A stretch of DNA of 64,000 nucleotides from an uncultured Gammaproteobacteria bacterium (GCA_964434055.1 CAYSSY010000003.1:10372-74371), one strand, 5' to 3'. Positions 47,401 to 59,826 are shown, counted from the stretch's first letter. The notes: generated from the sequence alone by a model not told the origin. Made by a program: numbers and translations.

Positions 47401-49128
47401 ATTATGATCATCAAAATATGACCAAACACGGCGCTGGGTACCATTAAGATTAGTTTTCCAATCAACATCGTTTTGACCTGGAACATACCACTGAGACCAA
47501 GCACCATTAAACCACTGGATACGATATTTTAGAATTTCCGGATGTTTGGAGATATCAAGCCCTAGAGCTTGAAAGTTATAACCACCAAGTGGCTTCTCAT
47601 TAATAATTGTAGTTCGGCCGGTGGTGCAAGATGGAGATATGACTTCAACATTAACTGCTGTTGCAAAAGTATTATTATTTTCGTTTGATTCACTAACATT
47701 ATCTAGTGGATCAACTGTTATTATTATATTATTGTTACCATATACAAAATAATTATCGCTCTTACTAGTTACATCGACGTTACCAACCACATAAACATGA
47801 CTGATATAATTATTAGGCTCAAAATAATCAAAGTAGAATTGCGAATTAAAAATTTCCTTGTTTAAAGTTGTATTTCTGACAGTTAATAAGAAACTTTGAT
47901 TGGGTTTGACCTGTCCAATATTTGTCAAATCAAATTCAAGTTGGATGTCCCAAGGTTCAATATTGGTTTGTCTTAAATCTGTATATTTGAAATTCTTGAC
48001 TGTTAAATCAGCTTTATAATATTGGCCACCATCAGTAGTAGTGGTAAAGTTATAGACTGAACTTTCAGAATAATTGTTCTCACTTGCGGTACAGATAATC
48101 TTATAATAATATTTTGTACTTGGTAATAAGCCATTCAAATTAGCTGAATATAGATAGTAACCTGTCTCGCCACTTAGCGAACGATTCGTATATAACAAAG
48201 ATGTACCATTACTCAAGTCACTATTCTTACTATATACTACGGAACAATTATATTGACCATTGGCAAACCAGGCTAATGAAGCTGATTCAAAACCAATACT
48301 AATTGAAGTGTCCTTAATCAGTGGTTTTGGCGCACCAATTGTTAATGTTTTGGTCAAAATATTATTATTTTCATTCGATTCAATAACATTATTATCACTG
48401 TCAATCCTAAGTGTGTAAATTAAATCTTGCTGAATTAACGTATCTCGATCGTGAGCTGGTTGTGTTCTAAATTCATAACTTTCGCCCGGTTTTAAATTTA
48501 AAATATTAGACCTCAAACCACTGGTACTATTCTTTTCCATAATAGTAAAATAAAAAGGACCAGTATCTACAGTGCCATTATTTTTAAAAGTAGCAACCAT
48601 CTCTAATATATCATATTGCAACCAAATATCGTTGCTAGGGTGGGTTAAGTTTCTTATTTCTAATTTAATTGGAATTAAATCAGGTTTTGTTCGATTGATA
48701 ACAACTAATTCTTTTGTAATGTTATTATTAGATGTATTAATTTCACCGGCAACATTTTTGATAGTAAGTGTGATCGAATAAGTTCCGGGTTCAGTAAAGT
48801 TATAGTTGGTGGTATAAGTGGTGAAATTGCCGGCATTGATGCCAAAACCATCATTCACATCAAAAATTTCAGTAGCAACCAAATCATTGTTTAAACTGAT
48901 TTCCACCTGAATTGAAAAAATCCCCGAAAAAGAAGTTGTACCAATATTTTGAATTGAAGGGACTAATAAAACTGTATTGTCATTATTGCTGTCAGGGTCA
49001 CTTAATCCAAAACCTGAAAAGATCAGATCTGGAGAAATGTTTATTTCACTAGCACTAATAGATAACGGACTAAAGCCCAATAATATAATAGCAGCAATTA
49101 AGATAAAATATATTTTATTTTTTTTCAT
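44425..49128 (-). CDS. Large secreted/surface protein (CARDB-like repeats, FN3-like, Ca-binding DxDxDG repeats)
   Basis: Signal peptide; PDL/ADL...ESNENNN CARDB signatures; LLPSTKYYYKI; DSDNDGLSD...TDPENSDTDSD. Confidence 0.8.
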   Translation of the reverse strand: MKKNKIYFILIAAIILLGFSPLSISASEINISPDLIFSGFGLSDPDSNNDNTVLLVPSIQNIGTTSFSGIFSIQVEISLNNDLVATEIFDVNDGFGINAGNFTTYTTNYNFTEPGTYSITLTIKNVAGEINTSNNNITKELVVINRTKPDLIPIKLEIRNLTHPSNDIWLQYDILEMVATFKNNGTVDTGPFYFTIMEKNSTSGLRSNILNLKPGESYEFRTQPAHDRDTLIQQDLIYTLRIDSDNNVIESNENNNILTKTLTIGAPKPLIKDTSISIGFESASLAWFANGQYNCSVVYSKNSDLSNGTSLLYTNRSLSGETGYYLYSANLNGLLPSTKYYYKIICTASENNYSESSVYNFTTTTDGGQYYKADLTVKNFKYTDLRQTNIEPWDIQLEFDLTNIGQVKPNQSFLLTVRNTTLNKEIFNSQFYFDYFEPNNYISHVYVVGNVDVTSKSDNYFVYGNNNIIITVDPLDNVSESNENNNTFATAVNVEVISPSCTTGRTTIINEKPLGGYNFQALGLDISKHPEILKYRIQWFNGAWSQWYVPGQNDVDWKTNLNGTQRRVWSYFDDHNHEYEKCLGNQPQLDITNPLWENSGTNNYYKVDFKLDQNATLHFFDNSTEIPDSSGTYKGTMYLAGTHSYTFTNLSVGTHTLAIKAKNDNGEGYDTLIYIRKSSDVEVLQVGDLFIIENNLNYVYYLASNNKRYVFPYTLGSNYKQDVMNSWQVDATKIKTVSAVVAESYALSGNIVLRPGTSLAKTPQSATVYAVGSKQQLHQISTEQLTKLYGSNWSARLVTVPDSFFVNYLIGTAINNNYPDGTLIKYSSDPDKVYLVYGNYKYPITEVGLWANNLNRSSVVTAPVNIVYTNGGVIDKKYDCLTDSAQLATCQLPSTTNVPSLNVSVTDTAKEIHYLAGEINKLLATIKFDAGSSSEDIKVTKVELTDTLSKVGIQADLSNIILTDVSTQTVLNIPESGTFNNSLYSDLVLVFNNPLIIAKGTIKTLKLTADISASAENNTSHQISIDNDTFVLAFGNSSNNQIKVSGSYPLVGSKVVIGHTGKLVVSTSAATVPSGLYTAGGTNSNFGNFDLKAISENIEVKSLKFKTEGLNGGNLLKVINKITLYDGATKLGEAVPTSTSEVILTIPNGLLITSNSVKTLALKGDTNCIGENCPASSGNGLVLNLAAVDVVAVGKTSGLIYSPTNKEGSFQSNKVYLFKTQPVVSKKSLLTTTINNGTQSLYRFTVAADAKGDVGIYKMMFGILDAKNIVISNLVLKDVAADIEYPLTNNSSVYFNDSYLVIPAGTVKTFELVGTVVKQTNDYYVKVKMIGDSSSTVLEPAPASYINTNISNAFIWSDLSKGVDSALSKTQWVNGKYVLFLDANNDNTQVFGETPVVTPNVVQPVVTKPTETFQDQSTSPTLSGAALITDSDNDGLSDQQEEWYGTDPENSDTDSDTYLDGIEVRNGYSPLYPKPVKISKDKTMIYGKSRLGSLTTEQEAAEELWDALIKLNNNRPIYVSPRYWYKLVNAYVYGGYTPEEIYDTIKKGPGKVHPTIEAQAWRKVEKK

Positions 49129-49274
49129 ATTAAATGTTCTTTTAGTAATTATTAAAAATAAAAAAATGAACAGGAGTGCTCACTTGTATGGTTATATTAT
49201 ATCAAATGTTTTAAAAAAAGTCAAATCAAAAACCAACCGCTATATTACAAGGTTGGTCTTTATTTAAAATAAAA

Positions 49275-52200
49275 TTATCTTTCGTGCGCTTTCATACCAG
49301 TACCAGCTGGAATCAATCGACCAATAATCACATTTTCTTTCAAACCTCTTAAGTAATCCATCTTGCCAGTAATCGCCGCATCAATCAACACGCGCGCTGT
49401 TTCTTGGAACGAAGCAGCTGACAGGAATGATGAGGTTGAAAGCGAAGATTTTGTAATACCTAATAAAAGGTTTTTTCCTTTAGCAACTTTACCTTTATTT
49501 TTTTTGGCTTGCTCATTACTTTCTGTAAAGTCAGCCCATTCAACAACCTCGCCCGGCAAAAAATCAGTGTCACCGGGGTCAGTTATATAAATCCTAGAAA
49601 ACATCTGTCTGGCGATTAACTCAATATGCTTATCGTTTAATTTTTGACCTTGAGATGTATAAATATACTGAATTTCTTTTAAAACATATTTTTGCGTTGC
49701 AACCTTCCCCCTCAATTCATACAAATCAAAAAGATTGACTGGTCCTTCTGTTAACTGTTGTCCTTTTGTCACAAATTCTCCGTCCTTAACCCAAACAGAA
49801 AAGAAAGGCGGCACTGGTAAATCTCGAGTTACTTTTCTTTTAACTGAAACTTTTAACTGTAAACCGTGTGTATCCTCTGAATCAACGACGCTCAATTTTC
49901 CGCTCTGTGGAGCAACAACTTTTTCACCGTTTCTCTCTAAGAGAAGATCGCCTTTTTTAACTTGTGCGCCATCTTTAATCAGTAAATTATCCAAATCTTT
50001 CTGCCTAATTTCGATGTTTTCGTCTTCAACTAAATCGCTGGACATACGAATAATTCTTTGTTTAATACCACCAGTTTTCTCACCTGATTCCTCAATAATT
50101 TCCACTTCACCGTCAAAAGGGGCTAAAATCGCAGCTTTTTTAATAGGACGAGCTTCAAAAATTTCTTCTACTCTCGGTAAACCTTGGGTAATGTCAGTTC
50201 CAGCCACACCACCAGTATGAAAATTTCTTAGGGTAAGCTGGGTGCCTGGTTCGCCAATACTTTGAGCAGCAATAATACCAACAGCAGTACCTGACTCGAC
50301 TAATTTATTATTGCCCAAATCCCAACCATAACATTTTTTACAAACCCCACGTTGTGCTTGGCAAGTCAAACTGGAACGAATTTTAATTTCTTCTAAATCA
50401 ATCTTCTCTAAAACTCGCATCTTTTCATCATCAATTAAATCATCTTTCTTAAAAATAACCTTATTGTTCTTGGGGTCAACAACATCAGCCACTAAATAAC
50501 GACCAAGAGACCGTTTGGCTATACTTTCGTTCATTTCTTCTGACTCTTTTTTTGTGATAGTCAAACCTACTTCATCATGACAGTCGTCTTGTTTGATAAC
50601 CATATCTTGGGCCACGTCGATTAAACGTCGAGTTAAATAACCAGCATTAGCAGTCCGCAAAGCAGTATCAGTCAAGCCTTTTCGCGCGCCGTGAGTAGAA
50701 ATAAAGTATTCCAAAACATCAAAACCTTCTTTAAAAGAACCTTTGATTGGTAATTCAATTGTTTCACCAGCTGGATTAGTCACCAAACCTTTCATGCCCA
50801 TCATTTGCGTAATCTGCGCCCAAGTACCACGTGCTTCGGAATTAACCATGGTAAATACAGGACCTTCCTGAGGTAAAACTTTTTGACTTTCTTTTGTTAT
50901 TCTGTCTTTAGCCTGAGCCCAAGTTTCAATAACCTTAATTTGCCGCTCGCGCTCAGTCAGTAATCCTTCTTCATATTGACTCATGATCAAATCAATCAAG
51001 CCCTCTGTTTCTTTAATAATATTTTTCTTCTGATCGACGACTGGCAAGTCATCAACGCCCCAAGAATAACCAGAGTAAGTTATATATTTTAAAGTAACTT
51101 TTTTTAGATCATCCAACAACTTAACTGCTGTCGGAAAATCATATATTTCTAAACAACGAGAAATTAATCTCTTTAAAGCACCACGATCAAGAACTTTATT
51201 TATAAACTGTAAGTTTTCTGGGATAACTTTGTTAATAATGATTCGTCCAATACTGGTTTCTAACTTTTCTCCGTCTTTTCTAATAATCACTTTTTCTTGG
51301 AGTTTTAAAAAACCAAGATCATATGCGGTCATAGCTTCTTCCGGGTCAGTAAAAATTTTTATTTTCCCCTTTTGTTCGTTTTCCTCTCTAATATAAGTCA
51401 TGTAGTGGGCTCCCCAAACCATATCTTTTGATGGCATGGCGACTGGTTCACCAGTCGCTGGTTTTAAAATATTCCTCGCAGACAGCATAATATTCGCTGC
51501 TTCATTTTTTGCTTCTTCTGTCAGTGGAACATGAACAGCCATTTGATCACCATCAAAATCAGCATTAAATGGCGGACAAACATAAGGATGGATTTGAATA
51601 GCTTTACCTTCAATCAGAATAGGTTGAAATGCCTGAATACCTAAACGATGTAGCGTCGGGGCACGATTCAATAAAACATGAGCCCCTTTTGTTACTTGTT
51701 CTAATATATCCCAGACCTCGGCATGGCCCATGTCAATAAAACGATTAGCAGATCGAACATTATGAACTAATTCTCTCTTTATTAATTCAGCAATAACAAA
51801 AGGTTTAAATAACTCCAATGCCATTTGTTTAGGCAGACCGCATTGGTGTAAAAGCAAATCTGGCCCGACAACAATTACGCTCCGTCCGGAATAATCGACT
51901 CTCTTGCCTAATAAATTTTGACGAAAACGACCTTGTTTACCTTTTAAAACATCAGCCAAACTCTTTAACATTCTTTTCTGTCCAGTCGATGCAGTGACTG
52001 TCTTTCCATGACGTGCACTATTATCTATTAAAGCATCGACTGCCTCTTGTAACATTCTTTTTTCATTGCGACAGATAACCTCCGGTGCATTTAATTCTTG
52101 TAATCTTTTTAAGCGATTATTACGGTTAATAACCCGTCTATAAAGATCATTCAAATCAGAGGTGGCGAAACGACCACCATCAAGCTGAACCATTGGCCGT

Positions 52201-53147
52201 AAATCGGGAGGAATAACCGGCACCATTGTTAAAATCATCCATTCTGGCCTCAAATGTTGCTTAATTAAAGATTTAATTAGTTTCAAACGTTTAATAATTC
52301 TTTTTTGTTTAGAAGCGATCGCGGTTACCATTTCCATCTCTAAATCTTTAACCATTTGTTCTAAATCAAGCTCTTTAAGTAGACCATGAATAACTTCGGC
52401 ACCAATACCAGCTTCAAAAATATGACCATATTTTAGGGACAAATCATGATATGTATTTTCAGAAATTATCTTATTTATCTTTAAATCTAATAATTCTTTT
52501 TTTGCTAAATCAAAAGCATTACCTAATTCTTCCAGACGCTCCTTCTTTTCTTCGGCAATCTGTTTTACTTTTTTCTCGATATCATTTTCTGAAACTCCTT
52601 GAGTCTTTAAATTTTGAATCTGACTAATGTTTCTTTGATATTCATTTTCAATTTGTTTCCTCTTGCTCTTAACCTCTTCTTGGATTTGTTCCAATGACTG
52701 CTGTCTTAATCCTTCATTAACATTAATAATAATAAAATTTGCAAAATAAATTACTTTTTCTAAATCTTGGGGGGAAATGTCTAAAACCAGACCGAGTTTA
52801 GAAGGTACACCACGCAAAAACCAAATGTGAGAAACGGGCGAGGCTAATTTAATATGTCCCATCCTTTCTCTTCTGACTAACGAACGCGTAACTTCGACTC
52901 CACATTTATCACAAATTATCCCTTTATATCTAATTCTTTTATATTTACCGCAATAGCACTCCCAATCTTTAGTCGGTCCAAAAATCTTTTCACAAAACAA
53001 ACCGTCCTTTTCCGGTTTTTGAGTACGATAATTAATAGTCTCTGGTTTTAAAACCTCGCCATGTGACCAATGCAAAATATCATCGGGGGAAGCTATTTTC
53101 AGCCGAATCGCATCAAAGTTAAATTGTGACTGCTGATTTTCTGACAT
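49275..53147 (-). CDS. rpoC: RNA polymerase beta' subunit
   Basis: [32 protein letters not shown]. Confidence 0.99.
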   Translation of the reverse strand: MSENQQSQFNFDAIRLKIASPDDILHWSHGEVLKPETINYRTQKPEKDGLFCEKIFGPTKDWECYCGKYKRIRYKGIICDKCGVEVTRSLVRRERMGHIKLASPVSHIWFLRGVPSKLGLVLDISPQDLEKVIYFANFIIINVNEGLRQQSLEQIQEEVKSKRKQIENEYQRNISQIQNLKTQGVSENDIEKKVKQIAEEKKERLEELGNAFDLAKKELLDLKINKIISENTYHDLSLKYGHIFEAGIGAEVIHGLLKELDLEQMVKDLEMEMVTAIASKQKRIIKRLKLIKSLIKQHLRPEWMILTMVPVIPPDLRPMVQLDGGRFATSDLNDLYRRVINRNNRLKRLQELNAPEVICRNEKRMLQEAVDALIDNSARHGKTVTASTGQKRMLKSLADVLKGKQGRFRQNLLGKRVDYSGRSVIVVGPDLLLHQCGLPKQMALELFKPFVIAELIKRELVHNVRSANRFIDMGHAEVWDILEQVTKGAHVLLNRAPTLHRLGIQAFQPILIEGKAIQIHPYVCPPFNADFDGDQMAVHVPLTEEAKNEAANIMLSARNILKPATGEPVAMPSKDMVWGAHYMTYIREENEQKGKIKIFTDPEEAMTAYDLGFLKLQEKVIIRKDGEKLETSIGRIIINKVIPENLQFINKVLDRGALKRLISRCLEIYDFPTAVKLLDDLKKVTLKYITYSGYSWGVDDLPVVDQKKNIIKETEGLIDLIMSQYEEGLLTERERQIKVIETWAQAKDRITKESQKVLPQEGPVFTMVNSEARGTWAQITQMMGMKGLVTNPAGETIELPIKGSFKEGFDVLEYFISTHGARKGLTDTALRTANAGYLTRRLIDVAQDMVIKQDDCHDEVGLTITKKESEEMNESIAKRSLGRYLVADVVDPKNNKVIFKKDDLIDDEKMRVLEKIDLEEIKIRSSLTCQAQRGVCKKCYGWDLGNNKLVESGTAVGIIAAQSIGEPGTQLTLRNFHTGGVAGTDITQGLPRVEEIFEARPIKKAAILAPFDGEVEIIEESGEKTGGIKQRIIRMSSDLVEDENIEIRQKDLDNLLIKDGAQVKKGDLLLERNGEKVVAPQSGKLSVVDSEDTHGLQLKVSVKRKVTRDLPVPPFFSVWVKDGEFVTKGQQLTEGPVNLFDLYELRGKVATQKYVLKEIQYIYTSQGQKLNDKHIELIARQMFSRIYITDPGDTDFLPGEVVEWADFTESNEQAKKNKGKVAKGKNLLLGITKSSLSTSSFLSAASFQETARVLIDAAITGKMDYLRGLKENVIIGRLIPAGTGMKAHER

Positions 53148-53171
53148 AATTGACTATCTTAAATGATAATT

Positions 53172-56100
53172 TTATCTTCTTTCTCTTTCTCGATTTTTAT
53201 CATGTGCGATATCTTCCTCGAGGTTCTGAATAACTTTACCGTCTTTCAAGATTTCAACATCTAGACCCAAACCTTTTAATTCACGGACCAAAACGTTAAA
53301 TGATTCCGGAACATTAACACGGCGAATTGTTTCGCCTTTAATAATAGACTCATAAGCTTTAGCTCTACCTGGTACATCATCAGATTTTATAGTTAGCATT
53401 TCCTGCAGAGTGTGGGCGGCGCCATAAGCTTCAAGAGCCCACACTTCCATTTCCCCAAAGCGTTGACCACCAAACTGAGCTTTACCGCCTAAAGGTTGCT
53501 GGGTAACTAAAGAATAAGGACCAATGGAACGTTGATGGATCTTGTCTTCAACTAAGTGATTCAATTTAAGCATGTAGGTATAACCAATGGTTGCCTGGTT
53601 ATCAAAAGGTATACCAGTCCGACCATCATAAAGGGTCACCTTACCGTTTTCAGAATAACCAGCATTTTTAAGCTCATTTTTTATTTCGTCTTCAGTGACA
53701 CCATTTAAAGTTGGGGTAGCAACTTTATAACCTAACTTCTTTGCGGCTAAGCCCAGGTGTGTCTCAAGAATCTGACCCAAATTCATACGTGAAGCAACAC
53801 CCAAGGGATTTAAGATAATATCAACAGGCGTACCATCTTTCAAATAAGGCATATTTTCTACGGCTAAAACCCGAGAAACAACACCCTTATTGCCATGTCG
53901 GCCGGCCATTTTATCACCAATCTGAACTTTAACCAAACGAGCCACTGAAATCTGTACTTGTTTAATAACACCTGAAGACAGTTTATCGCCGTTCTCTCTA
54001 CTAAATATCTTAATGTCAACCACTTTGCCATATTCACCATGTTCCAAATAAAGAGATGAATCTCTAACCTCTTTAGCTTTCTCTCCAAAAATTGCCCTTA
54101 ATAATCTTTCTTCTGCTGTCAGTTCAGTCTCACCTTTTGGGGTAATCTTACCAACTAAAATATCGCCCGAAGAAACTTCTGCTCCAATTCTGACAATACC
54201 CTGCTCGTCCAGGTTCTTTAATTTTTCTTCACCAATATTTGGAATATCCGAAGTAATAACTTCCGGACCTAATTTTGTTTCCCTAACATCAATAGTATAA
54301 TCTTCAATATGGATTGAGGTATATAGATCATCATGAACCAATCTTTCAGAAATAATAATGGCATCTTCATAGTTCCAGCCTTCCCAAGGGATAAATGCCA
54401 CTAAAATATTTTGTCCCAAAGCTAACTCACCTTTTTCTGTCGCTGGACCATCGGCGAGAACGTCACCTTTTTTAACAATATCCCCCTTATTAACCACCAC
54501 TTTCTGATTAATACATGTTGAAGCGTTTGATCGCCCAAATTTAACTAAACGATATTCTTTTATATCACCATCATCTTCAAAAATTTCTATTCTGTCTCCA
54601 GAAACCGAAGTTATTTTCCCGTCTTTCTGACAAATAATTGTTTGCCCAGCATCAGAAGCCGCTCTCTTTTCCATGCCCGTCCCAACAATTGGCGAATGCG
54701 GACTAATTAAGGGCACAGCTTGACGTTGCATATTCGTACCCATTAAAGCTCGGACAGCATCATCGTGCTCCAAAAAAGGGATAAGTGATGTGGAGACAGA
54801 AATAATTTGATTGGGTGCTACATCAACAAAATCAATTTCTTTGACATCAGCTAACATTGGCTGACCGCTTTTTCTAACCTCAGCTTTTTCCACTAAAAAA
54901 TAACCATCATTATCATGAGGAGTTGTGGCGGCTGAAGTTATATACTTTTCTTCTTCAAACGCGTCGAGGTAAATAATTTCATTGGTAATTCGCGGGCGAC
55001 CATCAGATTCTTTTATAACTTTAAAAAATGGGGTTTCAATAAAACCAAAATCATTGACTCGAGCAAAAGTTGAAAGATGACCAACTAAACCAATATTTGG
55101 ACCTTCGGGGGTGGCAATTGGACACAAGCGACCATAGTGAGTTCGATGTACATCGCGGACTTCAAAACCGGCTCTCTCTCGTGAAAGACCACCTGGGCCC
55201 ATTGCTGAAACACGTCGTTTATGCTCCAGTTCTGCCAGAGGATTTGTTTGGTCCATAAACTGAGAAAGCTGTGATGACATAAAAAATTCTTTCACTGCTC
55301 CAATTACAGGCCGTGCGTTAATTAATTGTCCTGGAGTAATAGTATTTATGTCTAAGGTTGACATCCTGTCTCTTACTATTCTTTCCATACGTGCTAGACC
55401 AACGCGAAAACGATTTTGAACCAATTCACCTATGGCTCTAATTCGTCTGTTACCCAGATGATCAATGTCGTCTGCTTCTTCTTGACTGATATTAAGACGG
55501 ATAACTTCTTTTAAAATACCCACTAAATCTTGGGGTTTAAAAACACGATGTTCTTTATTTAAAGGATAGTCTTCATTAAAACGCTGATTTAATTTGTAAC
55601 GACCAACTCGTCCAAAATCATAACGCTCAAAATTAAAAAACATGGCATGAATCAAAGATTTGGCATTGTCGACTGTAGCTAAATCACCGGGTCTAATTCT
55701 CTTATAAACTTCTTTTAAACCCTCCGCTTCAGAGTGAGATGGGTCTTTGTTTAATGTTTCTTCAATATAGTCGATAATCTTTTCACCTTTATGCAAACTG
55801 TGCTTGGTGTTAATATCACTAAAAAGATTTTTTATCTCTTCATCACTGCCAATGCCGAAGGCACGCATTAAAGAAGTCACTGGTACTTTGCGTTTGCGAT
55901 CAATTTTTACTGAAATAACATTATTTAAACTAGTTTCAATTTCCAACCAAGCCCCACGATTGGGAATAATTTTTGCCCCATAATAATTACGACCACGATA
56001 ACTATCAAAAGTAAAAAAAACACCCGCCGATCTAATAAACTGGGAAACGACTACACGTTCAATACCATTAATAACAAAAGTACCGCGATCAGTCATTAAC

Positions 56101-56474
56101 GGAAAATCACCTAAATAGATTTCTTGTTCTTTAACTTGACCTGTTCTTTTATTAACCAATTTGGCTATGACTCTTAAAGGCGCCTCGAAGGTAGTGTTTC
56201 GGGCTTTTGCGGTTACCTCGTCAAATTTGGGTTCATCCAAAAAATAGTTACCAAAATACAATTCTAAATCACGCCCAATAAAGTCTCTTATGGGTGAAGT
56301 TTCATCAAATAATTCTTTTAAACCATCTTCAAAAAACCATTGATATGACCTTTTTTGAACTTCAATTAAATCAGGCGGTTCAATGGTAAGCAGGTCATGA
56401 GATTTTTTAAAATACTTTCTGGTTGTTTGCTGTGAAAAGTAGGTAGTTTTATCTGTGGATAAGGGTGATATCAT
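53172..56474 (-). CDS. rpoB: RNA polymerase beta subunit
   Basis: [39 protein letters not shown]. Confidence 0.99.
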   Translation of the reverse strand: MISPLSTDKTTYFSQQTTRKYFKKSHDLLTIEPPDLIEVQKRSYQWFFEDGLKELFDETSPIRDFIGRDLELYFGNYFLDEPKFDEVTAKARNTTFEAPLRVIAKLVNKRTGQVKEQEIYLGDFPLMTDRGTFVINGIERVVVSQFIRSAGVFFTFDSYRGRNYYGAKIIPNRGAWLEIETSLNNVISVKIDRKRKVPVTSLMRAFGIGSDEEIKNLFSDINTKHSLHKGEKIIDYIEETLNKDPSHSEAEGLKEVYKRIRPGDLATVDNAKSLIHAMFFNFERYDFGRVGRYKLNQRFNEDYPLNKEHRVFKPQDLVGILKEVIRLNISQEEADDIDHLGNRRIRAIGELVQNRFRVGLARMERIVRDRMSTLDINTITPGQLINARPVIGAVKEFFMSSQLSQFMDQTNPLAELEHKRRVSAMGPGGLSRERAGFEVRDVHRTHYGRLCPIATPEGPNIGLVGHLSTFARVNDFGFIETPFFKVIKESDGRPRITNEIIYLDAFEEEKYITSAATTPHDNDGYFLVEKAEVRKSGQPMLADVKEIDFVDVAPNQIISVSTSLIPFLEHDDAVRALMGTNMQRQAVPLISPHSPIVGTGMEKRAASDAGQTIICQKDGKITSVSGDRIEIFEDDGDIKEYRLVKFGRSNASTCINQKVVVNKGDIVKKGDVLADGPATEKGELALGQNILVAFIPWEGWNYEDAIIISERLVHDDLYTSIHIEDYTIDVRETKLGPEVITSDIPNIGEEKLKNLDEQGIVRIGAEVSSGDILVGKITPKGETELTAEERLLRAIFGEKAKEVRDSSLYLEHGEYGKVVDIKIFSRENGDKLSSGVIKQVQISVARLVKVQIGDKMAGRHGNKGVVSRVLAVENMPYLKDGTPVDIILNPLGVASRMNLGQILETHLGLAAKKLGYKVATPTLNGVTEDEIKNELKNAGYSENGKVTLYDGRTGIPFDNQATIGYTYMLKLNHLVEDKIHQRSIGPYSLVTQQPLGGKAQFGGQRFGEMEVWALEAYGAAHTLQEMLTIKSDDVPGRAKAYESIIKGETIRRVNVPESFNVLVRELKGLGLDVEILKDGKVIQNLEEDIAHDKNRERERR

Positions 56475-56624
56475 GTAGTTTTTTTGGCTTATATTAGCTA
56501 AAAAATAATATTTATTGGCTACCTAAATATACAAAAATAAACTCCATCTTTAGTTTTATTTTTGATCGAGTAATTATTTACAGACTAAAAAAGTCTAAGA
56601 AATATTTAAATTGTTCATAAATTG

Positions 56625-56654
56625 ATACTATCAAAAAAAGCTTTAGCTTGTCAA
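56625..56654 (-). promoter_or_regulatory. Putative rpoB promoter
   Basis: TTGACA-18 nt-TAGTAT with extended TG. Confidence 0.5.
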
Positions 56655-56720
56655 GCTAAATTGAAAAAAGTCTATTTAAAACATGTTATTATTAAAAAAA
56701 GGCTAAAATTAAACAAATTT

Positions 56721-58073
56721 TTAAATTAACTCTTTTACTACTTTTCGATCATCCCAGGAAATTTTTTTACCATCGGCAATGCAAATTGCTTGTTCTGCAC
56801 CTTTTCCAGTAATCAGTACTAAATCACCGGGTTCGGCCAATAACAGTGCTTGATTAATTGCCTCACGTCTATCTAAAATTTTTAAAACTTTATTTTTTTG
56901 TTTGCTGTCTATTAATTCTTCAGCACCAGCGGCTACTTCATTAATAATTTGTTCAGGCTGTTCGTCGTATGGATCTTCGTTGGTTACAATAATCAGATCG
57001 GCATTTTCAGCGGCTATTCTACCTAAAACTGGCCTCCGTGCTTTATCACGACCGCCGCCAGTTGATCCAAGAATATGAATAATCTTTTTATGTGGCAAGT
57101 CTTTAATTGTCTGATATAAATTTGTCAGAGCTTTGGGCTCGAAGGCATAATCGACAATAATTTTTAGATTACGATTATTTTCGATGAATTCCATCCTGCC
57201 AGGCAGGGGTTTTAATTTTTCCACTGCGTTCTTTATTTGTGTTTTCTCAAGGTAAAAAACCTTAGCCACACAAATAGCGGCTAAAACATTATAAATATTA
57301 TATATACCCAGAAGAGGAATGTTAAATATGGAATGTTGAATATCGGCTGAGATAAAATTATTTTTCTGGTGAATGTTATCGGCTGATATACTGGCTAACT
57401 GATATCGGCTACTTGCTATTGTTTTATTCGCTACCATATACCCCATCTTCTCATCAGCCGGAAACCCTAAAAAATATTCCGCGTATTCATTATCTAAATT
57501 AACAATGATAGTCTTTTTAATTTCTATTTTGAGTTCTGTTAATTGTTTTTTGGGGGTTGTGGTCATTAAGTAGGCAAACAGTTTCCCTTTAGCCTTTTTA
57601 TAATTTTCAAAACCACCGTGTGCTTCAATGTGTTCCGGGTAAAGATTAGTAAAAACTAAAACATCATAATTAATGCCAACGTGACGGAACTGCTCAATCC
57701 CTTGTGAAGAAGTTTCTATGATTGCCACCTGACAACCAGCTTTGATCATGTCTTTTAAAAATTTTTGAGTTTGGAAACGACCAAGCATTGTCATTTTACG
57801 ATCATTCAACCATTCTTTTGCACCAATCTTAAATAAAGTAGTCGTGGTCATACCAACCCTGAAACCACAAGACTCTAGTATCTGACTGATAAAATAACAA
57901 GTCGAAGATTTACCAGCAGTTCCGGTTACACCAATAACGATCATCTTTTCTGATGGATAACCATAAATAAAAGCGCTCAATAAGGCTAATGCATGATGAT
58001 ACAACGGTTGAATTAATTTAAATACACTCTTCGGAACAATTTTTTTAATTTGACTAAGAATTATATCAATCAT
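56721..58073 (-). CDS. murE: UDP-N-acetylmuramyl-tripeptide synthetase (MurE family)
   Basis: GVTGTAGKSST, ETSSQG, TNLYPEHIEAH, PGRME, DYA, GKGAE. Confidence 0.88.
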   Translation of the reverse strand: MIDIILSQIKKIVPKSVFKLIQPLYHHALALLSAFIYGYPSEKMIVIGVTGTAGKSSTCYFISQILESCGFRVGMTTTTLFKIGAKEWLNDRKMTMLGRFQTQKFLKDMIKAGCQVAIIETSSQGIEQFRHVGINYDVLVFTNLYPEHIEAHGGFENYKKAKGKLFAYLMTTTPKKQLTELKIEIKKTIIVNLDNEYAEYFLGFPADEKMGYMVANKTIASSRYQLASISADNIHQKNNFISADIQHSIFNIPLLGIYNIYNVLAAICVAKVFYLEKTQIKNAVEKLKPLPGRMEFIENNRNLKIIVDYAFEPKALTNLYQTIKDLPHKKIIHILGSTGGGRDKARRPVLGRIAAENADLIIVTNEDPYDEQPEQIINEVAAGAEELIDSKQKNKVLKILDRREAINQALLLAEPGDLVLITGKGAEQAICIADGKKISWDDRKVVKELI

Positions 58074-58093
58074 ATTAAAATTTTATGTTTAGT

Positions 58094-58618
58094 CTAACCA
58101 TAAACTTCAACAATTTCAATAATTAAGGCAATCCATAAACTGAATTTCACACAAAATTGAACCAAGGTTCTTAAATCACTATGCTTTTTACTTTTAAAAA
58201 AATATTCAATAAAAATTATTAAAATAAAAAATAACTCACAATAGATAAAAAGTTTCAAAATTAAAACTTGACCATGAAACCAATCCCAAACAACAAAATA
58301 CAAAGCGATATGATTAAAACGATCACTAACGGCGTCAAATTTTTCACCAAAATAAGTAACTTGATCTCGTAATCTGGCAACCGCACCATCAAGTAAATCA
58401 AAAAAATATCCGAAAAAAAATAAAAGACTCTGGATTGGCCTGGGCTGATAATAAGCAATTGGCAGCCAAATCAAAACTACAATAAACCTAAAAAGTGTCA
58501 CTAAATTGGGCGTTACCCGGCGTGGTAAAATTCTGACCACAGGTTCAAAAATATTATCTTTCCATTTTTTTAAAAGATCGTGTTGAGCAACTAATTTATT
58601 ACCAATATCACTTAACAT
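58094..58618 (-). CDS. CDP-alcohol phosphatidyltransferase family protein
   Basis: TPNLVT and DLLDGAVAR-x8-GEKFDAVSD signature. Confidence 0.9.
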   Translation of the reverse strand: MLSDIGNKLVAQHDLLKKWKDNIFEPVVRILPRRVTPNLVTLFRFIVVLIWLPIAYYQPRPIQSLLFFFGYFFDLLDGAVARLRDQVTYFGEKFDAVSDRFNHIALYFVVWDWFHGQVLILKLFIYCELFFILIIFIEYFFKSKKHSDLRTLVQFCVKFSLWIALIIEIVEVYG

Positions 58619-59663
58619 ATTTTATTGAAAAATTATCATTCTGATTCAAGTGGTGATAAAAAAAGATACCAACTGGAAAATATAACCAATAAGAAAAGAA
58701 ACGATAAACTAACATAACCATTAAGGCCAACTCTAATTGAAAACCAAAAGAATTTAAAACCAACACCAATGACCCTTCAAAAGTTCCTAAACCACCGGGA
58801 AGAAATGATATTAAACTGATCAATCTAGAAAAAGCAAAAGCTGCTAAAGCTAAACCAACAGAAATTGTCTGCCCAAATGAATTAAAAACAAGGATAATTG
58901 TTAAACCCTCTCCGATAAATTTAATTAATTGAATTAATGTCGGTTTAATTAAATCTTTCTTATGATTCTTGATCCAATCCAGATCTTGATAAAAATCTTT
59001 CAATATTTCATCAACCCGGGCATTGTTTTCTTCGTCATTACCGTTTGAGAGACCTGTTTTTTTTAAAAACCACAACACTCGACCTTTAGCCTTACCGTGC
59101 TTACCTAACCAAAAATTAAGCAAAAAACATATAATCAATAAAAGAAGAATAAAAATCGGCAAAATATAAATGCTAGTTTTAGCAATTCTCCCTGAAAAAC
59201 CAACATGATATATAAGATAACCTAAGGTCCATATAGTTAGCAAGACAAAAGCTGAATAAAAACAAACAAATTCAATAATAACCGACATCAAACCCTTACC
59301 TTCTTTCACGCCTTGACCTTTAAGATTTTTTAAAAAATGAATATTGCCCGCAAAACCTAAAGAAGGAATAGTAAAATTCAAAAATAATATTAAAACTGTT
59401 GATTTCATTAAATACCATAATTTCAAATGAGGAAAACGCAAAATCTTAAAGATTACTCGATAGACATTACCTTGAAGAAAAACAATCAGAAATTGAGCAA
59501 AAAAAGCCCCTAATAACCAAATTATTTGGGCCGACATCAACAGACGACCTATCTCCTTAAGCTCTGCTAAACGAAAAAAAACTATACAAACTACTAATAA
59601 CAATATGATTGGAAAAAATAATTTTTTCCAGCTAAAAAATGAATCTTTAATGCTTTCTAACAT
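58608..59663 (-). CDS. Lysylphosphatidylglycerol synthase TM / flippase-like protein (UPF0104)
   Basis: Multi-TM; PGGLGTFEGSL, LVYRFFSYW. Confidence 0.85.
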   Translation of the reverse strand: MLESIKDSFFSWKKLFFPIILLLVVCIVFFRLAELKEIGRLLMSAQIIWLLGAFFAQFLIVFLQGNVYRVIFKILRFPHLKLWYLMKSTVLILFLNFTIPSLGFAGNIHFLKNLKGQGVKEGKGLMSVIIEFVCFYSAFVLLTIWTLGYLIYHVGFSGRIAKTSIYILPIFILLLLIICFLLNFWLGKHGKAKGRVLWFLKKTGLSNGNDEENNARVDEILKDFYQDLDWIKNHKKDLIKPTLIQLIKFIGEGLTIILVFNSFGQTISVGLALAAFAFSRLISLISFLPGGLGTFEGSLVLVLNSFGFQLELALMVMLVYRFFSYWLYFPVGIFFYHHLNQNDNFSIKYVK

Positions 59664-59826
59664 AGTTTTTTTCTTACATTAACTATCACTAAGCAAATCA
59701 ACTGTCTAAAGATATTGCCTTTAATAAAATATAAAATAGTTGCTCGACCAATACCACTTAAAGAACCGGATATTAAGACAACTTTATTTTCTAAAAATAT
59801 TATACTTTTATTTCTATCAAGTTATT

